Source: Mobula birostris
Lineage: Eukaryota
Assembly (NCBI RefSeq): GCF_030028105.1
Contig: NC_092374.1
Span: 177,778,057 to 177,842,056, forward strand
DNA length: 64,000 bases
Direction: 5' to 3'
Shown here piece after piece: positions 21,990 through 35,749 of the stretch. Numbering within the stretch: the first letter of the stretch is position 1; each line of letters starts with the position of its first letter. The notes under the pieces were generated by a model that saw only the letters and a list, made by a program, of their open reading frames with translations, was not told where the DNA came from and did no database searches. The position numbers and the translations under genes were made by a program.

Positions 21990-23700
21990 TGGTGCACATA
22001 CCGAGGATGGAGGGTTAAACCGAAATAACGGAAGGTTGATGACAATACCTTCAATATGCAGATAAAATCAGGCTGCTGTTGAATCCCAAGGGAGGAATTT
22101 CTAGACCTAGGAGATGTCTTTTAGAGAACCTTCAGGTTGAGCCCAGCAGGGGATTCCCGATTCTGGATTGAGTGTTGTGCAATGGACCAGAATTTATTAA
22201 AGAGTTTACGGTAAAAGAACCTTTAGGGCAAGTGATCCTTAATCGAATTCACACTTAAATCTCAGAAGGACGTATCAGATTTACGGTGGAATAAATAGAA
22301 TCACGGAGGTATGAGAGAGGGGGTGGCCAAAATTAGTTCCAAATGGACAATGACAGTGATTACAGCTGAGCAATAATGGTTGGAATTTCTGGATGCAATT
22401 CGGAAGGCACAGGATGTGTACACCGCAAAGAGAAAGAAGACCGTTAAAGGCAATGTGACACAATGCTCACTAGCAAGAGCAGTCAAAGCCAACATATAAA
22501 CCAAAGAGATGGCATAAAATAAAGAAAATGTTCATGGGAAGTTAGAGGATTGGAAAGGTTTTTAAAAAACAACAAAGAGAAAGTAAAAAGGCATTAAGAA
22601 GAAAAAATGGAAAACGAAATTAAGCGAGATAATACTACGACAAAGGATATCAAACGCTCCTTCAGAAAAATAGAATGTAAAAGAGAGGCGAGGGGATATA
22701 TCTGGCCACTTGAAAATGGTGCTCGAGGGCTAGTAATGGGGGTGGAAGAAACGAGCAGATTGGTCAACGTTATAGAGTGTCACGGGTAAACAGAGTGTGA
22801 AGCTGCCATTACTCGGGAGAAGGTGACAGGGAACTTGAAAGGTCAGAATGTAGATAGGTCACCAGGACCATAGGTGTACATCGCAGGGTTCTGAAAGCGT
22901 TTGCAGAAGAGATTGAGGAGGCATCAGTAATAATCTTTCAATAATAACTAGATTCCTCAATGGTACCGGAAGAGTGAAAGATTGTAAATGTCTCCCCACA
23001 CTCTAAGACGGGAAAGAGACAGAAGAAAGTTAATTGCAAACCAATTGGTCTGCCCTCAGCTGTGCAGAACATGGTGGAGTTGAATGTTAAGGATATAGTT
23101 TCGGGGTACCTAGAGACACACAATAAATTTGACCATAGTCAGCATTGTTGACTGACTGGAAACTCTTGCCTGACAAACTTGTGGGAATATTTTGAAAAAA
23201 AAGTAACAACCAGGATAGACAAAGGAGGATTGCCTGATGGTGTGTACTTCTATTTTCAGAAGACACTTCACAAAGTGGCACATATGAGTGCGTTTAAGAA
23301 GTTAAGAGCCAATTTTATTACAGGAAAGATAACAGCGTGGATAAAGGTAGTGACTGAATGGCAGGAGGGAATAAAGGGAACATTTTCTGAGTGGGAATCA
23401 AGGGGTCCTTTTCTGATTGGCTGCTGATGACTAGTGGTGAACCACTAGTCTCACTGTGAGTACCTTTCGCCTTTATCTTAGGAAGGATGTGCAGACACTA
23501 GAGACGGTTCAAAGGATGCTCAGGAAAATGATGCCTGGCTTGAGTTGCTTGTCATATGAAGAGCTAATAGTGGCACTGTTCCTGTATTCACTGCAGTTCA
23601 GCAGAATGAGAGGTGTCTTCACTGGAAACTATCGAATGCTGAAAGGCCTTGATCGGGTGGATATGGAGAGTATGTTTACTATGGTGGGATGGTGTAAGTT
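21990..23700 (+). mobile_element. Old, heavily degenerate CR1 ORF2
   Basis: LWEYFEK, YFQKTLHKVAH and LETVQRMLRKMMPGL remnants. Confidence 0.8.
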
Positions 23701-24302
23701 AGAAGTTCACATTGCAGTGCTAATTGTGGGGAATATTCCAGTGCTGCAGGGAGAGGAGGTTCTGAGTCAGTAAGGGAATGAATCTGTCGATCTAGGCAGA
23801 ACACAATGCATGAGTGATCCCAGCAAAGACTATTATTTAGGCCTGTAATTAGTGTGAAGGATATTGAAGTAAATGTTTGCAGCAATCCCGAAGATGGGTA
23901 TAGTAATTGTAATCGGCGAATTTATTAATATAAACATGCGATCTGACGGCAGTAACATCTGGTGCAATAAGGGGGAGACTCTGTAATGTGTTCCGGATAA
24001 AAAAAAACCTTGATTATCATTTCTTTCTTCAACGTGCAAGTGAAGATTACTACGCTGTTTTTCTGGCAAATGATCCAAGCCACGAAGATTCAATGTGAAT
24101 GGGAGCACCTGGAAACAGGGGTGAATTTCTCAAGAAGTGCTGAGATTATTATAAGGTGGGTAAAGAAATAACCGATTTAGTCTTGTAATAGACACATCGA
24201 AGATTGGGACAATCCAGTTAAATGCGATGAGCCAATTGCAGACATGTCAGATTCATCGCGAACAGGTTTAGAAAAGAAAGGTGCACGGCACCTATCTTTT
24301 AA

Positions 24303-24308
24303 TTTATT
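24303..24308 (-). promoter_or_regulatory. Candidate poly(A) signal of gene B
   Basis: AATAAA on the minus strand ~230 nt past the stop codon. Confidence 0.4.
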
Positions 24309-24537
24309 GCAACATATAAAACACCAATAACGAAATAATGCTTTCAGGTGTTGAATAACAAAGAGGAAGAAGGTCCAAAACGTGTAAGATCTGTTTCCAC
24401 GAAGAATCCTCTTCAATTCATGGTCTGTGCTACGACGAAAAGCGCAGACTGGCGGCAACTTGTGAAGCATTTATGCGAACGACAACGTCATATTCGTCCT
24501 CCGGTTCAAGCTCCACTGCCACGTCCGTGGCATCGGA

Positions 24538-26605
24538 TCAGCAACAAACAAGATTTAAGCAAGTAAGCGTGTTCTTCACCTCCTGCCTGAACTTGCTCTG
24601 GGTCATTCCATAGATCCACGTGTTTGCGCAGGAGCTGAAGAGCATCAGTAAGACCCCTACCTCATTGGCGATGAAAGAGGGGCTTGTGAGATCCTTGTCC
24701 GAGAAATTGACTGTGACTCGAGTGCAGATGAAGGTTACAGTTTGCGTTGTCCACATCAGTATGTAAGTACCGGACACGGTGAAGAGTAAGATGATGGACT
24801 TACGCCGACTCTCCATCTCACTGTCATTTCCATCATGTCCCTTCAGGCGCCGTCGAACCCTACTGAACACTACAATGTTCCGGACCGTCAGCCCGTTCAG
24901 GACTACGATCAGTACGAATGGAATTAAGGACAGAGAGCTGCTACAAATCCAGGAGTAAACCACCCACCAAATGTAGGTGAAATACGCGACTATAGGCTGA
25001 CACCCATAGTTCACGTTATCCATAACGTAGCGTGGCTCGTACATGAAGTGAAAAGGGATGTATTTTAAGCAGCTCAGCACGCATAACAACACAACAACCA
25101 CGACGGCCGTCCTCTCCGTACAATATCTGAGTCTCAGTTTCGGACAGGAAATGCTGACAAAGCGGTCAAAGGTAAAAGAAACGGTTAACCAGACGGAATA
25201 ATCCAACGTAACGATTCGCAGGTAAATATCAGATGGACACACTGTGCTGCGGGTCAGGAAGGAATGAGGGTGATAGCAAGTGTAGATCTTTTGCAGTAAC
25301 ACGTGGAGTATGAGAACGAACAGGTCGGAGATCGTCATCGCCATCATGTAACGCGTCATTCCTCCAGTCAGACCACACTTTCCCCGGTACAGAATCGTTG
25401 CGGTGAGCAGACCTACTGTTCAATACAGAAAGACACAGGAAATTAATGTGTAGACAGAAGTACCATATACATTAAGGCTGGATATTCTGTTGGCAGTGAT
25501 GGAGACATACCACATTATTTAGACAGATAATGATTAAATAGAATTCAAAGAGCTCAGCCCCTCCATCACACTGGCCTACCGGTTCTATTAGCAGAGTCGT
25601 GCTCAGTTCAACGGATTATATAAGGATTTCATACTTGGAAATATGAATTTATGATTCAAATTGTTCTTTCTGTAACATTAAAGATAATTCTGTTCCCTAC
25701 AAAAACGTGACTGGTACGTCCTGGAAAAACGCATCAAGCAAGGCAGCATCCATGCAATGTTTTCATGTTTCAGGATCATTAGTTTCCAACAAAGTTGATG
25801 ATGAACTTCAAAGACTCCATAAGCGATCCTAGTCCTGAAACAACTTCCATATATACCGTTTGATTGTGTTTTGGAATATGTTTCAGTTATCACAATTAGA
25901 GCATTAGTAAGAAATATTTCGTATTGATTCAATTCAAAAACGATCGTGCAATGTTCTAAGTGTCCATTAATCTTATCGGTTCAGGGTAAGATTCCCTCTA
26001 ACTCCCACAGCTGGCCCCATCATTTTCGTGTTCTTCAGTCTCGTATGGCAGCAACCACCTCCCTGATCATCCCGTCCCCACCTCTGCAACGAATATATGC
26101 CTGATACATAGTAGTTTTCTCTCTGTTATTGAAAAATCCCTCTTTATCTTTAACTATCTCCATCATTTCCCCCGACGCTGCTGATATCAGATCCCCATTC
26201 TTTCAATATAGTATCGCCATTATCAAACTAATTTAATTACATTAATATTCATTACTCATTTCACAATGACCAATATTAATTCCTCCTTTTCAATGCTTTT
26301 TAAAATTCCATTTAATTCCACCTATAGTTACCCAAACTTCGGCATCTATGTAAATTACCTTCAAATTTGTTTCCTGTCAGTTTAGTTGTGTATTGTCACG
26401 TTCCCGTAATGGATTTTGAATATTCTTGCATTATTAATTGCAATTCACGTTGCTGCTAGAAGAAAGAGAAAGAAATCACCATCGCAAAGAATTGTTGGAA
26501 CTGATCAAAAAGACATTAGTCTAATTAAGACTTACCGGGGATACCAAACGCCGCCAGAATCGGATAAATCATTTCATTGACATACAGAATTGGAGCACGT
26601 CCCAT
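24538..26605 (-). CDS. GPR139/GPR142-like class A orphan GPCR, gene B; exons 26605-26536 and 25415-24538; 315 aa
   Basis: The 70-nt exon 1 encodes MGRAPILYVNEMIYPILAAFGIP with donor G|GTAAGT (not in the ORF track). Acceptor gtattgaaCAG|TAG. Same phase-1 intron position as gene A; motifs TISD, DRF, YGC, LMWTT, NTWIY; ORF intact. Confidence 0.92.
25940..26400 (-). mobile_element. Ancient CR1 remnant in the gene B intron
   Basis: Weak minus-strand similarity to the CR1 ORF2 linker/RT region. Confidence 0.4.
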
Positions 26606-27842
26606 GCTTGAAAAGCCGCAGTACTGACAACAAACTGTCAGTCCGAGTGGAGTTTGAGCAAGCAGCCCGACTCGGATCACATTAATACCCATGCCTATCC
26701 TCCTGTGGGTTCATATTAGTCACGGTGTTTTTAAAAACAATTTTTAGTACTGCAAAGTGAAGTGGTTACACCTATTTCTCCACGGAATACTCGTGGCAAA
26801 AATATGAAAAGTTGTAGTTCCGTTGCTGCATCTGAATCCGAGCTGCAGTTTTCTGGGCTTCATAATGCCAGCGAGTGGTTTCACAGACACAGCGGTCGAC
26901 ATAGATGAACTTTATGAATTTAACACAGGGAAATCTGAAATAGAATCTTTTAATCACATTTGCATGAACAGATAGGGGATTGCGACATTTCGCAGTGATT
27001 TGTTTAAATGCTGTTTCGATTTCAAAGGCGAATTTTTAACGTCAACTCAATGGGGTAAACTGTGCACTACTAGTGATGGGCGCGGGGTTGCTCAATTCTA
27101 TGTCATCTTTCGGTGATATCTCTCAAGTATTCAGCTGAGCAATAACTTCTGTATAGTCGCTTTACTACACTTATATCCCGCGTATATTTGTTCAAAAAAG
27201 CAAAATTTAAGAACTGTGATATTGGAGCAACAGAGAAAAAAAGTCAAAAATAGTCAACAGATCAGGTGGCGTCTCTGAAAATGATGAGGTTTTAAGTGTA
27301 TAACGGTCCATTCGATAGAATAGAAAGTACAAGTACTGGATTTTCAATTACAGATAACGTGGAACAACGTAAAACGTGTGAGGATTTGGAGATGAAATAA
27401 ATCTGAATGATACACGCGGTGTGGTGTCAGTGAAGAGAATGCTGCAAGGCACTGTTCAGCTCAGATGCATAATCGGTTTAATCGATCACTGAGGAAGTCG
27501 AAGCTCTGCAGAGGGTATTTTTGATGCAAGAGTTCAGGACATTAAGTGTTTTTTAAAAATATCCTACAGGCATTTAAAATGTTGGTTCCATTTATAGTAG
27601 AATCGAAGATATTTTAAATATCATATCAATGTTCTTTGTTGGTTAATTAGTTAAAGTTGACGAAAGTAAAAGTATCGCTGAGCGCCCCTTGCAATAAAAA
27701 AAGGCATGTCACTTAGCACGACAAGCAAAATGCTGTCTCCGGACACTCCCGGGCAATTTATCCGGCGCTTTACATGTTGCACATTTAGATGGACCAAAGT
27801 GACCTGCTTCCAAACTTTTTCACCTGCCACCACTGATATGTT

Positions 27843-28640
27843 ATAGTCATAGTCATATTTTATTGAGCCCGGGGGAAACTGGTTTTCCCCATAAATAATA
27901 AATAAATAGTTGCACCATAAATAATAAATAGTAATAGAACCATAAATAGTTAAATAGTAATATGTAAATTATGCCAGTAAATTATGAAATAACTCCAGGA
28001 CCAGCCTATCGGCTCAAGGTGACTGACCCTCCAAGGGAGGAGTTGTAAAGTTTGATGGCCACAGGCAGGAATGACTTCCTATGATGCTCTGTGCTGCATC
28101 TCGGTGGACTGAGTCTCTGGCTGAATGTACTCCTGTGCCCACCCAGTACATTATGTATTGGATGGGAGGCATTGACCAAGATGGGATGCAACTTAGACAG
28201 CATCCTCTTTTCAGACACCACCGTCAGAGAGTCTAGTTCCATCCCAACAACATCACAGGCCTTACGAATGAGTTTGTTGATTCTGTTGGTGTCTGCTACA
28301 CTCAGCCTGCTGCCCCAGCACACAACAGCAAACATAATAGCACTGGCCACCACAGACTCATAGAACTTTCTCAGCATCATTCGGCAGATGTTAAAGGACC
28401 TCAGTCCCTCAGGAAATAGAGTCGGTTCCGACCCTTCCTGTAGACAGCCGCAGTGTTTTTTGACCAGTCCAGTTTATTGTCAATTCGTATCCACAGGTAT
28501 TTGTAATCCTCCACCACGTCCACACTGACCCCCTGGATGGAAACAGGGATCACCGATACCTTAGCTCTCCTCAGGTCTACCACCAGCTCCTTAGCCTTTT
28601 TCACATTAAGCAGCAGATAATTCTGCTCACACCATGTTGC
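27843..28640 (-). mobile_element. Rex1/Babar-type non-LTR retrotransposon 3' fragment
   Basis: KAKELVVDLRR, YKYL.IRIDNKLDW, RLYFLR, FYESVVASAIMFAVVCWG, RKSFLPVAIKLYN; AATAAA followed by a (TATGAC)n tail. Confidence 0.85.
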
Positions 28641-29249
28641 ACCTGCATTGGATTCTCTGATCAGGAACTCTGGTTTATTTGTTTCTCAACGAAATATTGC
28701 CTTCACGATTGTCACTGCTTGAACTCTGACGAAGGACAATCCTACCTCGTCCGTACTTTTCCTGAACTACACTGGTCTGGTATCCGTGCCTATTAGATCA
28801 AAGCTTCTTTTCATTAAAAATTTGAAGAGCAAATCCATTTCTCTCGCACAACTTCCCCCATTTCTCACCTGTCCAAGGCTAAGTCAGATTATTTATTACA
28901 TGAACGCCGTGTCTGCCCCAGAGAAAACATATCAGGATTTGCGGCCTATTACCCATTGCTCAATATGTTTCGATATATGATATCTAAATGATAACTTCTT
29001 GTGAGACATAGAGACCATCGGCTGGGTGCAGAAAGATACTTGAAAGGTGTAGAGGCGACAGGGTTATATCGTGTATAATGTTTAAATTCTCAATGTGATT
29101 GCGACTCCTTTCGTGGAAAGGGTCTCAATGGGGAAGAATTTGACTGGTATATCCAGAAGCCTTACTTGCTACAATATGGAAATAGTCCAGCCAAGACTAA
29201 TGATACAAACACTTATGTGTGGAAATGAACATTTGCAGTTGATCAAAAT

Positions 29250-29710
29250 TTTCATTGATGGAACAAACAGGTCTCGCAAGACTAACGGATGCCTTAAAAA
29301 AATTGAACTGTTGTGTTCAACTCTGGTCGTCTCATTACCGGAAAGAAGTGCAAAATTTAGAGAGGGTACAGACTTGTTTTATCAGGCCACTGCCTATAGA
29401 TCATGTCTTTTGTGGTAAGGGTCAGCAACCTGTTGCTTTTTTTTGGAGCAAAAAGGGTGAGAGGCAACTGAATAAAGGTGAATAAGATGGTAAGATGCAC
29501 ATATTAGGTAAACAACGTCTTTTACAATTGCAGCAATAGATAATACAAGAGGGCATACTTTTATGACAGTGGTGGAAGGTATACGGTGATTTTAGATTGG
29601 CAAAATCGATTAAAGGAAATCGTCGGGCTGAGTGGCTAGGAACTTAAAATTTAGACATAACAACGAAGGTTGAAGCGCCTGTACTCTGCTATCTTGCTCT
29701 GTGTTCTATT
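29250..29710 (+). mobile_element. Old CR1 3' fragment
   Basis: CCVQLWSSHYRKEVQNLERVQ and a CR1-like 3'UTR. Confidence 0.7.
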
Positions 29711-30102
29711 TTTATATAGAGTGGATATTGCGATTCACTTTTGCACAGCATCTAAACGACGTATATTATTTAATTCAAATACTTAAGTACAAACTAACAG
29801 GACAGATGACAAGCAACATTGACAGAAAGTTTCTGAAATGTTTTCATGAGACCGCACCTGATTAGTATGAGTCAGGTAACGGATAATGCTGTATTTTCAC
29901 AAAGATCTTTTGAAGTCATGCTAAGAGGCATGCTCCCTTCTAAGTAGAGTAGCACGTAGTAACTGAAATGGTCTTACGCGCCTTGCCTTTCTTCCGATGC
30001 AGCTGGAATCTTCTTGCATATAAATTTAATATACTTTGAAATTATGTTAGTGTAATGTGGAAATATAGCTAACCCATCAGTTGGTTAAATTATACTTTAC
30101 AC

Positions 30103-30625
30103 AACGTTTCAATTGAAGCATCTTAGAGCTTCAGCGTATTTACTTTTTCAGAGCTTCAAGTTACAGCTCTATTACAAATTGTAGCAATAAACACAGAGAT
30201 GGAAATCGGTAACTCATTAGTAATCAACCAGACTTAATCAGACACTCGATAACTTGTCGTTGGGCATTGTTCCACACCATCGGCATTGCGCATGGCCCAT
30301 ATGCACAGCACACCTCTCCTTCACCCCCGAGAAACAGGACGTCCCTTCTATGTAAGTAGACATGATATTAACCATGTTTCCTATAGCTCCTGTACAATTG
30401 CACACCAAATTTTTTCGCATCAACACAGAGCAAACCTGAGTTCCAGCCATCGGCCACTCCATCCGCCAACATATCCAAGGTCAGCCATCATAATAAGCAC
30501 CGTTTGTCATCAGAATTCGCCAAAAGACTCAACTTTCATTTCCTCTCCGATCAGCTTTACAAGGAGACTTAGTTCTTTGTCATTCCGTATTCGGCCCTGC
30601 CATCAACAGCATCCATAACGCCATA
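30103..30625 (+). repeat. Unclassified dispersed repeat X, diverged paralogous copy
   Basis: Aligns to 8498-9023. Confidence 0.85.
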
Positions 30626-31280
30626 AACCATACGATAAGGGAGTTGGGTAGGAGGCTCAAAAGCAGGACCTCCAAGGTAGTAGGCCTTGCTGCGTTTGCC
30701 ACGTAATAACGAGAGCAAGAATCGCATGATCAGAGCTTCGGGTTCCTGGATCATTGGAGCCTCTTTTGAGAGAGGAACCACCTGTACAAAAAGGTCAGGT
30801 TACACCTGAAACCAAAGGAGTCTAATATCCAAGCAAGCAGGTTTAATAGAGCTGTTCTGGAGGGTTTAAACTAATTTGGCAGGGAGACGGGAACAGGAGT
30901 GATGGGGCCGAGGAAGGTGAAGGCAGCAGTAGATCAAAGATAGCGTGCAACAGAAATGATAGAAATGACAGGCTGGAGAGTAGGCATAGTCACAGCTAGT
31001 AGGATGATTTACAAGACAATAGAGGCGTGGTGCAGCAAGAACAGAAAGCACCAAATACTGGACTGAAAATGTTATATCGGAATGCACGCAGCATTAGAAA
31101 TAAAAAGGACGACCTTAAAATTCAGCTACAGATTGGCAAGTATGACGCTGTGGCCATCTCTGAATCCTGGCTAAAAGATGGCTGTCATAGGGAGTAGAAC
31201 GTCGAAGAATGTACGGTGTATCGAAAAGATAGCTTTGTAGGCAGTGGGTTGTTGTGTCCCTGTGTGTAAGAAATACTATT

Positions 31281-32049
31281 AGACCATAAGACCATAAGAC
31301 AAAGGAGCAGAAGTAGGCCATTCGGCCCATCGAGTCCGCTCCGCCTTTTTATCATGAGCTGATCCATTCTCCTATTTAGTCCCACTCCCCCGCCTTCTCA
31401 CCATAACTGTTGATTCCCTGGCTACTCAGATACCTATCAATCTCTGCCTTAAATACACCCAATGGCTTGGCCTCCACTGCTGCCCGTGGCAACAAATTCC
31501 ATAGATTCACCACCCTCTGGCTAAAAAAATTTCTTTGCATCTCTGTTCTGAAAGGGTGCCCTTCAATCCTTTAGTCATGCCCTCTCGTACCAGACTCCCC
31601 CATCATGGGAAACAACTTTGCCACATCCACTCTGTCCATACCTTTTAAAATTCGAAATGTTTCTATGAGGTCTCCCCTCATTCTTCTGAACTCCAAGGAA
31701 TACAGTCCAAGAGCGGACAAGCGTTCCTCATATGTTAACCCTCTTACTCCCGGAATTATTCTAGTGAATCTTCTCTGTACCCTCTCCAACGTTAGCACAT
31801 CCTTTCTTAAATAAGATCAAAACTGCCCACAGTATTCCAAGTGAGGTCTCACCATCGCCTTATAGAGCCTCAGCATCACATCCCTGCTCCTATACTCTAT
31901 TCCTCTAGAAATGAATGCCAACATTGCATTGGCCTTCTTCACTACTGACTCAACCTGGAGGTTAACTTTAACGGTATCCTGTACGAGGACTCCCAAGTCC
32001 CGTTGCATCTCAGAACTTTGAATTCTTTCCCTATTTAAATAATAGTCTG
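31281..32049 (-). mobile_element. Younger 5'-truncated CR1 inserted antisense into the old CR1
   Basis: QRDLGVLV, RPHLEYC, LERVQRRFTRIIPG; (GGTCTTAT)n tail at 31281-31300. Confidence 0.9.
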
Positions 32050-32897
32050 AAAGCATTAGAAAGGCTTGACATAAGATCGGGAGGTGTAGAGTCTCGATGT
32101 ATTACGTTAAGAAAAGACAAGGGTAAAAGGACTCCAAAGGCAGCTCTATACAGACCTCTAAATAGCATCCCAGATGTGGTTTGCAAATTAAAGAATGATA
32201 TAGAAAAGTCATGTCAGAACGGCAATGTCATGATAATTGTTGGGGATTTTAACATTAAAGTGAATTGGGAAAACTAGGTCAGTCCTGGACCTTCAAGAGA
32301 GAGAACTTGTAGAAAGTCTAACGGATAGCTTTTCAGACATATTGTTGCTGAGCCCACTAAGGGATCGGCTGTGCTGGATTGCGTGTTGTCCAATAATTCG
32401 GAGGTGATAAGTGAGCTTAAGGTTAAGAAAGCCTTAGGCAACAGTGATCACAATATGATCGAGTTTACTTTGAAATTTGAGAAGGAGGAACTAAATTCCA
32501 ATGTGTCGATATTTCCCTGGAGTAAAGGACATTACAATGGCATGAGATGGGATCTGGCCAAGGTTGAATAGAAAGAAACACTAGCAGGAAGCACAGCGCA
32601 GCAGCAATGGCAAGAGTTTCTGCGAAAAATGAGGGAAGTGCAAGACAGATATATCCTAAATAAGGAGAAATTTTAGAACGGATGGACACTGCCGTGGCTG
32701 ACAATTGAAATCAGAGCCAAAGTAAAAGCTGAAGAGAGTGCAGACAAAGAAGGCAACACTAGTAGGAAGATGGAAAATTGCGGAGCTTTTAAAAACTTGC
32801 AGAAGGATACTAAGGAGGTCATTTGGAAGGAAAGATGAATTGTGAAAGGAAACTAGCAAGGGACCAATATTAAAGAAGATACTAAAAGCTTTTTGAA

Positions 32898-33830
32898 ATG
32901 GTGGTGGCTTCCGTTAGTCTCGCGAGACCATGAATCTGCAACTGGAAAGTCTTGCTTCAGTCTGTGTTAGAGCAGCGTCTGCTTTGGCTGTAGAGTCCTA
33001 CACGGGAGTGACAGTCTTGGCTGCAGCGAATGCACTTGAGGGCACTGTCCTCCAGTGTTGTCTTGGTCCTGTTTTTCCGATGAGTGCCCTTTTCATCAGC
33101 AGCAAGCCTCACTTTTTCTTCTCCTCTTTTTTAGATCTCTGCGTAGTTCTAGCCTCCAGTGAGAGCGATCGCTTGCGATGTCCTCCCACAGCTCGACGTT
33201 CATTTTCAGTGACTTCATGTCTCTCTTGCAAACGTCATTCCAACGAAGATGGGGCCACCCTTGTGCTCCCTTGCCGGAGGGCAGTTCCCCGTACAGCAGG
33301 TCTTTCGGGATCCTCCCGTCTGACATGCGGTGTACGTAACCCAGCCAGCGGAGACGGCATTGTTGGAGCAGGGTGAAGAGGCTGGGTATCCGGGCGCGGG
33401 CCAGGACCTCATTGTTGGTGACTCGATCAGTCCACGTGATATCCATGATGCGTCTCAGGCTGCGAAGGTGGAAAGCGTTGAGACACCGCTCTTGTCTGTA
33501 GTAGAGGCTCCAGGTCTATCTGCCGTAAAGCAGTGTGCTGAGAAGGCAGGCCCTGTAGACTGCAACTCTGTTGACAGTCGTCAGTTCTCTGTTCTCCCAG
33601 ACTCTCTCTGAGGCTGCCCGTCCGATCCTTCTATTGATCTCGGGGTCTAGGGAGAGGCTGTCCGTGATGGTGGAGCCAAAGTATGTAAACTCGTGAACTA
33701 CCTCCAGCTCGTAGTTGTTGATGGTAATGGCAGGGGAGTGCACAACGCTTTGGCCCAACACGTTGGTTTTCTTCAGGCTAATGGTCAAGCTGAGGTCCTG
33801 GTAGGCTCCTGAGCAGCTGTCTATGAGGCG
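32898..33830 (-). mobile_element. RTE-clade LINE 3' fragment nested in the old CR1
   Basis: LTISLKKT, FTYFGSTI, RRIGRA, STLLYG, ITWTDRVTNNEVL, RLRWLGYVHRMSDGRIPKDLLYGEL; candidate TSD TTGAA (32893-32897 and 33831-33835). Confidence 0.9.
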
Positions 33831-35749
33831 TTGAAGTAATTCAACTGTAAAAGAGAGTTAGGGGTAGAAATAGGACAAATAGAATATTGCTACGAGATAT
33901 TGTAATCAGAGACGCAGAGATGGCAAAGGAAATGAATGCGTATTTTTCATCAGTCTTCACAAACGAAAGCATCTGCCGTATACCGGATATTTAGGAGTGT
34001 GAGAGAAGTGAAGTATGTGCAGTGAAAATTACGACTGAGAAGGATTTTGAGAACCTTAATGGTCTAAGTGTGGATAAATCTCCTGGACCTGATGGAACGC
34101 ACCCTCGGGTTCTGAAGGAAGTTGCTGGGGAGACTGCGAAAGCATTAACAATGATCTTTCAAGAATCAGTAGATTCTGGCATTGTATTGGATGGTTGGAA
34201 AGTTGTAAATGCTGCTCCGCTATTTAGAATTTGTGGCAGCAGAAAGAAAACTGTAGACCTGTTAGTCTGATATCAGTGGTTCGGAAGTTGTTGGAATCGA
34301 CTGTACGGGATGAGGTTTCGGAGTATCTGGAGGCATATGACAATAAAGGCCAAAGCCAGCATGGTTTCCTGAAAGGGAGATCCTAACTGACTAACCCATT
34401 GCAATTTTTTTGAGGAACTTACAAGCAGGATAGACGAAAGAGATGTTATAGATGTGGTGTACTTGGATTTTCAGAATTTGACAAGGTGCTGCACGTCAGG
34501 TGGTTAGCATGATAAGGTCCCGTGGAATTACTGAATAATTATCGGAATGGATGCAGCATTGGTTGTTCGGCACAAAACAGAGTGGGAATAAATGGATCCT
34601 ATCCTGGCTGGCTGTCAGTTACCAGTGGAGTTCCACAGAGGTCGGTGATGGGAATGCTGCTTTTTACGATGTATTTCAATCATTTGGAGTACGGGATCAA
34701 AGGGTTTGTGGCTGAATTTGACGATGCTACAAAGATAGTTGGAGGAGCGGATAGTGTTCAGGAAACGGAGAGTCTGCAGTGAGACTTAGATAGTTCAGGA
34801 GAATGGGCAAAGAAGTGGCAAATGAAATAAAATGTTGGAAGATGTATGACATGTACTCTGGTGGAAGAAATAAACGAGCATGCTATTACTTAGATGGGGA
34901 GAGAATTCAAAATGCAGAGATGCAAAGAGACTTGGGACCCCTTGTGCATGGTAAAACGGTTTTCTCCAGGTTGCATCAGTAGATAAGAAGACAAATGTAA
35001 TGTTGCTATTCATTTCTAGATGTACAGAATATAAGATCAGGGATGTGATGTTGAGGCTCTATAAGGCACACGTGAGACTACACTTAGAATATTGTGTGCA
35101 GGTTTGGGCTCATTATTTTAGAAAGGAGATACTGACATTGGAGAGGGCTCAGAGAAGATTCACGAAAATGATTCCAAGAATGAAAGGGTTACCGTTTGAG
35201 AAATCTGGCGGCTCTTGGGCTGTATTCCCTGTAGTTCAAAAGAATGAGGTGGGTGGGGAGGATTCTCATAGAAGCATTCAGAATGTTAAAAGGCCTGAAC
35301 AAATTAGATATGGCAAAGTTATTTCCCATGGTATGGGACTCCAGGACGAGAACCGCTTTTAAGACGAAGAAGAGAATTCAGACAAGCTGAAACCATTCAT
35401 TTCAACTGTTCATATGCTTTAAAATGGAACTTCAAAGAATCCTGCTGCATGCCGAAAAATGAGTGCTCCAGAAGTTGATGAACGTTAAGTGACTCTCATT
35501 TGTATACTGAACTCTGTATACTTACTTACTCAGCAACAGGTTGAAAGGTGAAGGCGGGTGCTGTACGGAGTCAAACTGACCAAAACAGCACCAAGCTGCA
35601 CACGTAGCTTACATTGATTCAGATGTTCTCTACCCGGGTTGAAAGGATCCCGCCAAGACGATGGGCTCTAAGGCAAAAAACAACTTGCTTGTCGTGATCA
35701 GGGATTATAATGCCCGTAATTGCGTTTCCTGAGGGGTAAAACGCAGGTG

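Larger units (their letters stand above)
1..24534 (+). repeat. Tandem segmental duplication, copy 1 (portion shared with copy 2; period ~39,460 bp)
   Basis: Position 1 (taaaatagaaaagaaagctc) recurs at 39461; the window end (ccgtggcatc) matches 24525-24534. The ORF track repeats with offsets of 39459-39466. Confidence 0.98.
30626..35355 (+). mobile_element. Old CR1 (ORF1 end through ORF2), host to two nested insertions
   Basis: YDAVAISESW, LGNSDHNMIEF, KSPGPDGTHPRVLKE, TSGVPQ, LEYCVQVW...LERAQRRFTKMIP. Confidence 0.88.

Noticed and set aside
24538-25359. Gene B as a truncated 273-aa receptor or pseudogene lacking TM1
   Set aside because: The frame stays open to the acceptor at 25415, and an intact first exon lies at 26536-26605.
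27888-27965. AT-rich short repeats (CCATAAATAATAAATA...) as an array or CRISPR-like structure
   Set aside because: Irregular low-complexity repeats inside a retrotransposon 3'UTR; no constant repeat-spacer period and a eukaryotic context.
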